Source of the DNA: Takakia lepidozioides
Taxonomy: Eukaryota; Plantae; Bryophyta
Direction of reading: 5' to 3'
Assembly: GCA_030704615.1 (NCBI GenBank)
Contig: CM060734.1
Coordinates: forward strand, 50,220,001-50,284,000
DNA: 64,000 bases
The notes under the pieces were generated by a model. The model had not been told where the DNA came from. It searched no databases and saw nothing but the letters and a program-made list of their open reading frames with translations. Numbering within the stretch: position 1 is the stretch's first letter; every line of letters begins with the position of its first letter. The position numbers and the translations under genes were made by a program. Shown here piece by piece: positions 53,301 to 64,000 of this stretch.

Positions 53301-56135
53301 AGCCATCCCCCAGGGCCCGACTCCGGAAATTTGGCGCCATTTTTCCAAGGACTTCTTCACAACTAATTTTCATGCTCCACATAAGGCCTCTTAAATCCTC
53401 AAAATGTAGGGACAAAAGAATGGCATCACGTATGTACCTGTACAGAAGGCGCATTGCCGCTTTGTCCGCGTTCGGCTGGTCGATGAACTCGTGGCTCCGG
53501 CGGGCATGGGGTATCTCTCGAAAGAATAGGTCGGTTTTCTAGAGCAGAAAGTACCTCGTCACATAGTCGCGTAGGCTCTCTGCTTCACCAGAAATCTCCA
53601 GCTTGAACTGATGTGCTTGTGTGTCAAGCTGCTCTTGCGCATTCGTCGTCACCTGTGGAGATTCTCCATCAGACCGCTTTCCTCAAAAAATACAATAAAT
53701 CCATCCGATACAAGAGTAGAAGCCCCAAATGAAACGTGGGAAAGTACCTGAAACCACCATGTCATGCGGTTCATCCACATGTCGAATGTGGGGTCGGACA
53801 GTTTGTCGGGTTTGGGGAAGCTCCACATGTCCCTTGTACTTTGGGAACCATTCTAGATTTGGAGCCACTGGGTCTGTCCAACCACCCATCATATTAGTAA
53901 GCGCCAAACACCACGAAAACGAATTGCTGCCACGACAATTTGGTTAAGAATGTATAACCTTTTATGTTGCATCCACACAGGATGTGGCTAGACGATGCAG
54001 CTTCTCCAATGTCATCGTGGGCTTCAGAGCGCGGGAGTAGTGCTTCCCCACCTCCACCAGAAAGTCGGCACCAAGGGCGGGATCAGCTATGGCCACGTAC
54101 TTTACCATCCACGACTTGTACTTTATGCGGGCCTTCGCCTCCGCAGCTTTGAGATATGATTCCAGTGCCGGGAGGGTTAGTTTCTTCTCCTCTGACTCCA
54201 TGTAGAACCTCCGCGCATGTGCCAAATCCTGCTAAATTTTCGTCTGTCAAGAATGCACAGATATGATTAGAAATCCTGGTCAACATTTTTTCTTCTATTG
54301 GGGGAGGAGAGACAGATAAGCTGAACAAAACAGTTAGGAGCTTTACCCAAAATATGTAGTCCACCATGGCGTCCATGCTCAGCCTATACCAGGTTCTGTC
54401 TGCCTTTGCCTCCGACTTGCGCAGGAGGTCGGCACTGAGCAAATTGGCAAACTCTTGCACCCCCTGCTTCCCGACATCCTTCACTCGGAAGAGCATATGG
54501 GACAAGTTGGTGGCAATGAAGGCATTCTCAGTCACCCTGCAATGCCACATTTCCATTAAACAATACAGAAATGAGAATTTGCAACAAATATGACAATTGG
54601 CAATGAAATGATTGTTTCAAATTCAAAGTTCCAAAGCAAGAGGCATTGTAACTTACGAGTTGATGTCTGCCATTGCCGCTTTGAGAAGACTGCGATCTTT
54701 GGGCCCCGCAACCTTGAGCACAACACACTCCACGGCAAAATGCCAATCCAGGTGTTGGGGTGGGCTTGGGCTATGTACTCCATCCATGCCAGGAGGCGAT
54801 GATTGTCGTCCCACACGTAAAACATCTTTCCGGACAAGTGCTGGAAAAGAGGATCAGTAGCAATCAATCTCTCGAACTCCTCATTTCGCCTTTGCCAATG
54901 GGGACCCCATTTGTCCACCTCATCAGAAGTGTGGGCACGAGAAGCTCCGTGGTCGTTCTCCATAAACATAAAACGCGGTAGACCCCATTCGATATCCCTC
55001 CCGGAAAGAGAATTTCAGCTTGTCGATATTGCCTGGGAGGGCAGGTCGAACCACCTGCAATGAAACCAAGCGGCAAAGGGGAATCCGAAGCTTGGCTGGG
55101 TACACCATGCCCCCCAGGACCCTGCCAATGTTGCTGTGGGTTGCCTCCAACATCTTGGCAGCGGCCAACTTCATATCCGCCTCCGACATGTTGTCTGTTG
55201 CAGGGGGGTTCTCCGGCAGCCCACCCGGACCGCCAAATCCAGCCTGCATGCTCCGGGTTTGGGGCCTGGGGATGTCCGGGAGGATGTCATCCTGGTCAGA
55301 AAACTCCCTCTCGTCGTCCTCAACATGGTCAACCACCGCCGGAACCACCTCGAGCACTCTCCCCGTCACTACTGCCCTCTCCCCGGCTTCACCTCAAACT
55401 TCCACAAATCCGTGCTCTTTGTGGTGTTCTTTCCCCTCCTCCAGTCTCCACCGTATGGGTAATTTGGTGGGCTGCTCCCACCCGCGATGGTGAAACCAGT
55501 GTGTTACTGCCTGTTTGTGGTGTCTTGGAGGGATCCACTGTCTCTGTGTGTCCCTCGCTTACATGGGCATTTGTCATTTCGACAACCCTGGCCTCTTCAG
55601 TGGCCTTTTCTCTTGCCTCCTGGCTAGCCTTATGTATCGCCTGTTCTTTTGCCTCCTGGCTAGCCTTATGTATCGCCTGTTCTTTTGCCCTCTCTTTTGC
55701 CCTCTCACGGGCCTTCTGTTTCTTACTAGGGGTAGCAGCAGGGGAGGCCTCCAGGACGACCACCTTTGATTGAGGTGAACTGACACCCTCGTGCGCCCTG
55801 CTCACTCCCTCCTCCGCAGCCCGTGACGGCTCTCTCACCGGGGATTGCATGTGCTTGGCTTTCTTCTTCTTCTTTGCGTGGGCGGGCCCTACTGCATGTG
55901 CATCAACTTCCTCCATTGCTGGATCTGCCGTCCTCATCTGACGCCCTTCACCTGCCATGCCGCCTGCACCAACCTCCCCAATGCCTATTCTGTCGTACTC
56001 TCGCTGCAGGTCCTCCCGTCCACCAACAAAAGGATTTAGTTTGCCCTCCCGCCCCAAGTTGGGCGATCCAAACATGCGATGAGTAGCCGCTTTTGGAGTG
56101 ACTGCTCGAGCAGTTGGAGCTGTCGATGATACCAC
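50371..56135 (-). pseudogene. Multi-exon gene: ParB-like domain fused to a beta-class amino (N6A/N4C) DNA methyltransferase; several frameshifts and stops
   Basis: ParB-like RIPLCRL...VRP...GY...FYVWDDNHRLLAW (54740-55090). MTase motif IV-like ILLDIPDG (~51845-51870) precedes the spliced motif I GRILDLTCGTG|ASMWAGTLSDRHVFAFEPD. GT-AG introns at 54656-54537, 54346-54229, ~53438-52740, 51599-51512 and 51246-51163. Confidence 0.75.
52818..53346. repeat. Intronic array of 8 near-palindromic cores in alternating orientation, 145-146-bp dimer period
   Basis: GGAAAAATGGCGCCGAATTTCC with GGCGCC at 52825, 52971, 53116 and 53262; reverse-oriented copies lie midway between. Confidence 0.95.
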
Positions 56136-57261
56136 CAGTGTGTCAGGCTCGTCGTCACTCTGTCATCCCCAACAATCGTGAGAACCAACATCGCAATGAA
56201 AACCACCATCGCAACGAACATCGCAACCACCATCGCAACAATCGTGGAAAAACAATGAAAACAAAACAAAACTAGGTATGGAGTGGCATGGAACAAGCAT
56301 GAAAACAAACCCAAGCAATCCCTAAGAATCACATGCAGAAGCAGCCTTTTCCAGAGCTGCCGACTTTGCACACGCATTGCAAACTATCTAAGGTTCACTC
56401 AACTAGTAACTTGCTGAAATCAACATGAAAATTTAAGGACGATTTCGATAAGACGGGAAAAGAGGGTGAAATGTTTTGAAGGCACTTCATCTGCCCAGAC
56501 AATCTTCTCAGCTCAGCATGGATTTCCTTAATTCTGGGATGCAACCTGTCATCTACAGCGAAGGTGTGCACCCTGTTGCAAATCTCAATGCAGCAACAAC
56601 CTGGCTCTAACCCCTCTGACCTTCATCATTCTTCTCACCAACTCCTGCTTTTGCAACGACCTGGCTCTTTTCTAACCCCTCTGACCTTGATCATTCATCT
56701 CACCAACTCGTGCTTTTGCGATGCAACCATGCACTTCCAGGGCTGCCAGGCTGAAGATGCCAAAACAAACATAAAAAAGCGAGGAAGACCGCACATGTTA
56801 CACAAAGCGAAAGAGGAAGAGGCTGGCCTGAGAGTGCTCGGCTTCAGTTGGCGCGGGCTGTGAGCAAGACAATGGGATCTCCTGTTGGAGCTTCAGTTTG
56901 GCCATGCGAGAGGTTGGACGCTGCCCGTAGTACAAAGGCTTCAGCTTCCGCCGCGGTCTGGGTGTAGGGTTTCTCTCAGGAGAGCCACGCCCTTCTCCAT
57001 GCGGCATAAGTCCCAGCAAAAGAAAAAATCTCTCGAGGTATGCGTGCGTACATGCCTGGAATGGAATTTCATCCAAGCGTCACATCAGGTGTCGAAGGCG
57101 TATCCGGGAAGCAAGCGCGGAATCATTGTGGAACATCCGGTTCAAAACCGACGGCAGAGAACATTTAATGCGCAACTGCGCCATTAAATGTCGTAGGTAT
57201 AGAGGTCGGCCACGGGGGCCGACAGGCCCACCCTCCCCCCGAGATTTCATCAGTCGCCCGT

Positions 57262-58000
57262 TGGATGGAAAAAACGGCGCCGAATTTCCATCCAGCGGAT
57301 GAAGTAGGACGCAACGTGCCCCTCCCTCCGCCCAAGCCGTTCTCATCCACAAGACGCCGGATGGAAAAGTCCATCCTGCAGGTAATTCGGAGCGCGGCCG
57401 CATGGGAATCCGGCGCCGAATTTCCAACCTGCAGGTAATTCCGAGCGTGGCCGGATGGAAATCAGGTGCCGAATTTCCAACCTGCAGGTAATTCGAAGCG
57501 GGGCCGGATTGAAATCCGGCGCCGTATTTCCAACCTGCAGGTAATTCGGAGCGGGGCCGGATGGAAATCCGGCGCCGAATTTCCATCCTGCAGGCAAAAA
57601 ATTCCAAGTTTAGTGTGTAACCAGTCAAAAAAACGCGAAAAACTTGATGCAACGACTATAAATTGTTGCCGATACGGGCGTCTGTGGATGGAGATTCGGC
57701 GCCGTTTTTCCATCCGGGGGATGTTCTCTGTCGGCCAGTTGTCGGCCTCTCCCCCTGAGACGACTTCATCCAACGGGCCTCGGATGGAAATTCGGCGCCG
57801 TTTTTCCATCCGGGGGATATTCTCTGTCGGCCAGCTGTCGGCCTCTCCCCCCGAGACGACTTCATCCAACGGGCCACGGATGGAAATTCGGCGCCGTTTT
57901 TCCATCCGGGGGATATTCTCTGTCGGCCAGGTGACGGACTCACCCCCCGAGACGACTTCGTCCGACCGGCCTCGGATGCAAATTCGGCGCCTTTTTTCCT
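57262..58000. repeat. Upstream array of 9 copies of the same palindrome, with 53-bp and 96-bp periods
   Basis: Cores at 57276; 57412, 57465, 57518, 57571; 57698, 57794, 57890, 57986. Confidence 0.95.
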
Positions 58001-58267
58001 TCCGGAGGCTGTTCTCTAGCAGGCACGTGGGGCCGTCACCCTCCGATTGGACGTCCTGTCGAAGTAAATTCTGCGCCTCATTCTTGGGTACAATTATATT
58101 AAATGGTGCTCTTTTCCTTTGCCACTTGCCCGACCTTCGCTAGTGACCCACGCGTTTCAAACCGACACAACAACAACACTTCCTTGCTCCGAGCTCCTCA
58201 TCTTCCCCACACTCCCCCTTCCCTGCGCACCCTCTCTGCTTCCTGGCAGCCCTTTCAGTAGTCCTCG

Positions 58268-58741
58268 ATGGCGTGTCGGGATCCCATTAACTGCCCAAAC
58301 AAGAATCGCACCCCGTGGGACTTCTTGCCCAAGTCAGGGGATATTTTCATATACCTGCAGGATTGGATAGACCACTCTCAGCAGAGGAGGGTGCACCTGT
58401 CTGCTCTTGAGTACCTTCCTAGCTTCCACAATCAGCCTCGTGGAGACGGGCTTGCGCGGCTTTGGTGCCTGCGAATCGTTGATCTGCAATATCCACCTAC
58501 ATGGAACATCCCCAAAAGCGCCTTCCTACATCATTGGAGGTGTTGCCAATGGGCCTATGAGGATTGCATCGGGTGTACTTACATGCCAGAGAGGATTCCA
58601 TCGCAAACAGTGTATGGGGACATTCTCATAAGCTACGAGGATGAGTCCTATGGACAGAGTCTCTCCACAGCAAAGATCTCGATTTACGATGGTGCATATA
58701 TCGGAGGACATGACACCGTTGTCCACTACACCAAAGCATAA
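58268..58741 (+). CDS. Hypothetical protein, divergently oriented from the ParB-MTase gene
   Basis: 157-aa ATG-initiated ORF after an AT-rich TATA-like box (~58094) and a pyrimidine-rich leader; no recognised domain. Confidence 0.35.
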   Translation: MACRDPINCPNKNRTPWDFLPKSGDIFIYLQDWIDHSQQRRVHLSALEYLPSFHNQPRGDGLARLWCLRIVDLQYPPTWNIPKSAFLHHWRCCQWAYEDCIGCTYMPERIPSQTVYGDILISYEDESYGQSLSTAKISIYDGAYIGGHDTVVHYTKA

Positions 58742-61203
58742 CGGGCTGCATCCATTGTCTTCACCTACCGACACCCTGCCAGTCATGAGCTTGTTGAGAG
58801 GCCAATGGAGGTTCCAGCTTCTTGGTGAGGATAGTGCAACACGGGGAAAAATTCCCAACTTACCTCTGGCTTCCCTCGGCTTGTGAGGGCATGCATGTTA
58901 GAGGGCTGCTTGGGACTTAGACGCTTTTACGGGTTCTGTGGGGTACCCTTAATTTTTGCGCAGACTGAGACCAACATGAACCTTAGGGGTGGCAGCAGCA
59001 GGCTTTAGGGGGGTTGCACAGCCCGACACAGCCCGTCACAGCCAACACAGCCCGACACAGCCCAACACAGCCAGTCACAGTCCGACACATTCCGTCACAG
59101 CCCGACACAACCCGCCACAGCTTCGCACAGCCCGTCACAGCCAACACAGCCTGACACAGCCCAACACAGCCAGTCACAGCCCGACACAGCCGACACAACC
59201 TTACACAGCCAGTCACAGCTCGGGACAGCTTGACACAACCTGTCACAGTACATGGGGAACAGTTAACATTGACAATGAACGACTGTGAGGGAACGACACC
59301 TGCAGAAGGAACGTGTTACTTCAGGGATGACGGTTAATTAGTTAGGTGGTTAGAACAGCTTGCGGGCAGATAAGGAGAGCGGCAACGCAAAGAAGGACAC
59401 ACACTTCACGGGGAGCGCTTCTTGGTCATGTATGAGAGGAGATCAGGCGGAGAGCAAGAAAGAGAGCACGGAGAAGGAGGAGAGATGAATAGTAGATGCT
59501 TGTTACATGCAAAGCTGTAGTGAAACTGTAGGGCAAATTAGAGTCACCATGTCATTGGCCTGATACCTGATAAATCATAATCTGATACTTATTCGATACA
59601 AGCACACTATGTAGAGAGACATGAGTGAAGCTGTGAAATGAATGCATGATTAATTGGAATTAAGTAGATACTGAAGCTTCAGTATCAGATAAGATGAATT
59701 GATAACATGAAGGCAAGAAGGAATACAAATGGGAAGCACAACCATGATTCACTAGCTGTAGGTCATGATTGATTGTACCGAGCGGGCTAAGTGCTTAGAA
59801 ATATCCAACTCTTCTATCTTGGAGTTTCCACCTCAGATAGCGAAGGGATGGGTGAGTAAAATCCGCTCGACATTTGGCGACCATACTGGGGAACTGGGTC
59901 ATGAACAGCCAGATGTGACAGGCATCTGGTGGGATCATGGTGGTTGGAGAATTAAAAAATTTGATGTGAATCAAATTCCCTGTGAAACTGAGAAGGAAAG
60001 ATTGTCCAAACAATTCTTTCAGAGGTTCAGGAAGAGCACGTTGGTTACCAACACTAGTTTATGTGATAGCATTGCTATCCATTAAGCGAGTAGAGTTTGA
60101 AGGCTTGGAGGAAAGGAAGGTGAATGTTTATACTCATATGCATGAAGAGCTTGTACTGGTAAAGAATTGGATTCCAAAGGATATTATGTGGATCAAACTC
60201 ACACCAAGAACAGCTTTCCAGACTTGTTTGTCATATGGTTATATGGTAATGGAGATTTCTAGTATAGCCAAGGGTGCATTGAAGCTTGAAAGAAACCCAG
60301 GCATATACGAGAGATACTACAGAAGAGAGTTTTGGTTATTGCCACATTAAAGAAATGAAAGACACGGGACATGAGTGATGAAAGAGAAGCTAGACTCCAG
60401 AGATATTCAGCAAAAAGAGAAAGTTATCTGAAAGCTAATTATCCATATCTTTGGGAGAGAGGAATAGACATAGGGGAATCATCTGGACCTCTCACACCAT
60501 TAAGATCAGAGAGTACATCACCCATACCGGAAGAACTAGAGTTGGATGCCACTCCTTCTTTTTCTTTGCAAGAAAGATTAAAGGAATTGGTATGGGAAGA
60601 AGATCAACCACGAGGTGAAAGATCTGAGGTACATCCCTGGATAAAAGATTTGACAGATTTCCTTGATAAGAGTTGGCATGGAACACCAAAAGCAGGAACT
60701 CCAGTTTCTGAAACGGAAGGTGAGGAAGGAGGAGAGGATATGGCCGAGCCAATGGAGAGTTCAGACTCTCCAACACCATTGCAGTTGAGTTACATGAGTG
60801 AAGAAGAAACCCAAGGGCAGAACTTGGAGGATGAAAATAGAGAGAAGAAATTGGAAGAGGAAGAGTATGAAGAAGTAGACCCAACAGCTGAGGTTGAGAC
60901 TACAACCAGGACATCCCAACCCGTTGGACCTGGATCAAGTGGAGCACTTGGATCACAGGCCAACGAAGGTGTCGGCTCAGGGGGATCAGGCGGGCAGCCT
61001 GGATCTGGCTCTGGGGGGGACAGGGAGTATGAGAAGTAGTGCAACTGGAGCTGGGAATACTGTGAATATCGTGGGGCCAGTAGCAGGGAAGTACTCAGGG
61101 GCTACCACTGGGTGGAAGATCCACCACAACTACAACAGGTCCTCAAGGACCAGCACCAGCAAGGGGGCCAATATCTGTCAGTGGGCAGAAGGTAGGGCCA
61201 CAG

Positions 61204-63108
61204 ATGGCGTTACGACCAACACGGGCAAAACCACCTTTTCCAATATATTCAGGAAAAGGGGATCCTGATGTACACATTAGCCAATTTGAGCACATGTGTA
61301 TTGTGAACAATGAGAATGACGATGATGCCAAGATAAGATTGTTTCCTTGTTCACTTATCAAGAAAACAAGTGAATGGTATGCAAGATTCCCTGATAATCA
61401 TTTCCTAACCTGGAATGGCTTGAATACAACATTCCGAAATAGGTTCAGGACAAGTAAAACTGAGGATGAAGTGTATGGAAGTTTACAACAGTTAAAGCAA
61501 AAGAAGCATGAAACTGTTGAGGAGTATATGGAAAAAATGGAATTGATGATGAAAAAGTTGGCTGCTGTACCAGCACCAGGTTTACAGAAGACTTGGTTTG
61601 TGAGTGGACTAAGACCAGAGTTGCAAAAGAAAGTGGATATGTTACCCCATAATACAGTGGAGGAGGCATTTGAAACAGCGAACAAAATTGAGCAATTGGG
61701 AATGCTCAGGAGAGAGAAAAAGGATGATGAGGACTCTGAGGATGAGTCAGATGAGGAAGAAGAGCAAGAGCTGAAAAGGAAGAGTAAGATAAAGGAGAAG
61801 TTGAAGAGGGATAACTATGAGAAAAGATTAGAAGAAATCTTGAAGAAGTATGCCACTGAGGCTGCAACACATTGGAGGAAGGGTGTTTGGTGTGCAAAGT
61901 GCCAGAATGAAGGCCATACCACCACTGAATGCCACATGAAGGAGAAACACTGTACTATCTGTAAAATGGATAACCATTCTAGTGAGAATTGTTACTACAA
62001 CAGAAGGACAGCAGCTAGAGAACCTAGGCAAGTAAGGGTGCATCAAGTGCAGCCCCAGCCAAGAAGAAACAGTGATCAGGACCACTATGGTAGGCCTGGT
62101 GGTTATAACAATGGCATGGAAGGGAGAGGTAATTCAAGAGGGAATTACCAAGGAAATTCCAGAGGCAACTATCAGGGTAATCCAAGGGGGAATTACCAGC
62201 CAGGGAATCAGGATTACAGAAACAATTCCAGAACAGACCAAGGGCGAGGACCTAATGGGGAAGAACTGTGTTACTATTGTAATCAGGCAGGCCATCGCAA
62301 GGCAGCCTGTCCATTCTGGATCAAACACCAGAATGAGATGAGAGCTCCTGTGAATGAGGGGCCAGTGGTGGCAGCTCACATGGTTAGGCCATGTGTTGTA
62401 CCAGAAGTAAGTACAATGATAGTAACGAGAAGCAAAGCCAAGCTAATACCTCTAGTAGATGAGGAAGATGATGATAATGAAGATGGCAGTGATGTGCCTA
62501 AAGATGATGAGGCTTGGAGAGATGAGAAGGAACTGCACAAAGAAGTGGCAGATACCATAAGGGAAATGCAGAAGAGTACTGATATTCCTATGGCAGATTC
62601 CTCTAATTCTGAAAGAGAAGAGGAAGTGAGTGAGGATGAAGGGAAGAAAGAAGTTGCAGACATGCAGAGTAATGAAGGGACTTTGGCTGAAGTAATATGC
62701 CAGTCTAAAGCGGAGATTACCATTGGACAGCTATTGGCTGTGGCACCTTATTGTAGACACAAGCTGTATCAAGCAATCAATCGAATTGCCCATGTGATAG
62801 GGAACACAGACCTGAACAGCAAGGTGACCAGTTATAATGTGAAGCCGGAAGGGCGAGAAACAGTCATGGACTTTGATGATTCTATGCCAGTAATCCAATT
62901 GAGAATTGGAAGCACAGAAATAACTGATGTACTGATAGATGGAGGCTCTAGAGTGAATATCATGACAGACCAATTAAGGCAGAAGCTTGGTCTAAGTAAC
63001 ATGAAACCAGCCCCGTTTACAGTAACAATGGCAGATCAAAGAAGTGTACAGCCATTGGGATTGATAAGAGGAGTTAAGATACAGATTCAAAAGATGATCT
63101 TTATATGA
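61204..63108 (+). CDS. Gag-protease of element B
   Basis: Retrotransposon gag core (LFPCSL...WY...TW..L...F), three zinc knuckles, GNY/GNSRG repeats and an aspartic protease motif. Confidence 0.9.
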   Translation: MALRPTRAKPPFPIYSGKGDPDVHISQFEHMCIVNNENDDDAKIRLFPCSLIKKTSEWYARFPDNHFLTWNGLNTTFRNRFRTSKTEDEVYGSLQQLKQKKHETVEEYMEKMELMMKKLAAVPAPGLQKTWFVSGLRPELQKKVDMLPHNTVEEAFETANKIEQLGMLRREKKDDEDSEDESDEEEEQELKRKSKIKEKLKRDNYEKRLEEILKKYATEAATHWRKGVWCAKCQNEGHTTTECHMKEKHCTICKMDNHSSENCYYNRRTAAREPRQVRVHQVQPQPRRNSDQDHYGRPGGYNNGMEGRGNSRGNYQGNSRGNYQGNPRGNYQPGNQDYRNNSRTDQGRGPNGEELCYYCNQAGHRKAACPFWIKHQNEMRAPVNEGPVVAAHMVRPCVVPEVSTMIVTRSKAKLIPLVDEEDDDNEDGSDVPKDDEAWRDEKELHKEVADTIREMQKSTDIPMADSSNSEREEEVSEDEGKKEVADMQSNEGTLAEVICQSKAEITIGQLLAVAPYCRHKLYQAINRIAHVIGNTDLNSKVTSYNVKPEGRETVMDFDDSMPVIQLRIGSTEITDVLIDGGSRVNIMTDQLRQKLGLSNMKPAPFTVTMADQRSVQPLGLIRGVKIQIQKMIFI

Positions 63109-64000
63109 TCACAGTAACTGTATTGAAAATGGATGAAGTCATGGAAGCTTACTCCTTATTGTTGGGACGTCCGTGGCTGATGATAGTTCCCAAGAAGAAT
63201 GGTAAACTGAGAGTTTGTGTGAACTATAAGAAGTTGAATGCTTGCACGAAGAAAGATCATTTCCCTTTGCCATTCACAGAAGCGGTATTGGACACTGTGG
63301 CAGGCCATGAGATGTACTCATTCATGGATGGCTTCAGTGGTTATAATCAAGTGCAAGTGGCAGAAGAAGACCAGGGAAAGACAGCTTTCATCACAGACTG
63401 GGGTGCTTATGCATACAAAGTCATGCCTTTTGGACTTTGTAATGCACCAGCAACCTTTCAGAGAGTGATAAGTGAATATTTTCATGAGTATCTGGATGAT
63501 TTCATGCAGGTGTTCTTGGATGATTTCAGTGTGTACAACTCTAAGAATGAGCACTTGCATAAATTGGAGTTATGTTTGGCCAGATGCAGGATGAGAGGTC
63601 TGGGCCTGAATCCAATGAAGTGTATTTTCTGTGTGAACTCAGGGGTGCTTTTGAGACACATTGTGTGTAAGAGGGGACTTCTTGTGGATCCCAGGAAGAC
63701 AGAGGCCATTAAAGCCTCTCCACCACCAGAAGAGTCTAAGGAGATTCCTTGGACAAACCAGTTATTACAGAAGATTTGTCAAAAGGTATGCACAGATAGC
63801 AGCACCATTGAGCAAGCTTCTGAAGAAAGATGCAGTGTTTGCATGGACAGCTGAATGTCAATAGGCTTTTGAGGAACTTACATTGTCAGTAACAACTACA
63901 CCTGTGCTGATTAACCCTCACTGGCATGTAGTATTTCATGTTCACTGTGATGCCTCAGGAGAAGCGTTGGGAGCGGTGTTAGCCCAAAATGTTACAGGAA
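63105..64000 (+). pseudogene. Reverse transcriptase of element B; frameshifted, with an N-terminal deletion
   Basis: LLGRPWL joined directly to IVPKKNGKLRVCV; DGFSGYNQ; [11 protein letters not shown] in a different frame. Confidence 0.88.

Larger units (their letters stand above)
50149..58895. mobile_element. Unclassified insertion (element X) interrupting the element A integrase and itself interrupted by element B
   Basis: Integrase homology stops at ~50148; terminus GGGGGCTGCTATTTCATGAGCGG followed by CATGAGC x4; the other end is not in the window. Confidence 0.6.
58896..64000 (+). mobile_element. Tat/Ogre-like element B: 5' LTR 58896-59872, tRNA-Arg-like PBS, upstream ORFs, gag, protease, RT and start of the RNase H region (runs off the window)
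   Basis: LTR TGTTAG...CTCGACA; PBS TGGCGACCATACTGGG at 59875; three CX2CX4HX4C knuckles; LIDGGS; MPFGLCNAPATFQR; VFLDDF; HCDAS..LGAVLAQ. Confidence 0.93.

Noticed and set aside
52818-58000. CRISPR-like appearance of the palindrome arrays
   Set aside because: Spacers are themselves repeated rather than unique, orientation alternates, there are no cas genes, and the context is eukaryotic.
57080-58143. ORFs with MEIRRR/MEKRRR repeats on both strands
   Set aside because: Translations of the GC-rich palindromic array.

Overview
Eukaryotic, intron-containing, transposon-dense DNA. It is most consistent with a non-seed land plant; this is an inference from the Tcn1-like, PHD-bearing and Tat/Ogre-like LTR elements and a Sola-like transposase. 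Host-type genes: an intact 6-exon adenylate kinase (39904-41952); a 5-exon TIR-NB-ARC-LRR gene (13383-22399) with an N-terminal hydrophobic segment plus 30-aa repeats, one NB-ARC frameshift and a very large 216-bp-periodic LRR array; and a decayed double ASR3/SH4-like trihelix gene. Most other sequence is nested mobile DNA: Ty3/Gypsy remnants, a TSD-flanked gag-protease-chromodomain element lacking RT/RH/IN, two opposite-orientation copies of one Tat/Ogre-like family, a CACTA end, a Sola-like DDE element, LINE fragments and a tRNA-derived SINE. The most striking object is an insertion at ~50149-58895. It carries a spliced gene fusing a ParB-like domain to a bacterial-type beta-class N6A/N4C DNA methyltransferase, together with 17 copies of one ~22-bp palindrome in arrays of three different periods. 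This resembles a ParB/parS-methyltransferase module inside a plant mobile element. Coordinates were read by eye and may be off by a few bases.
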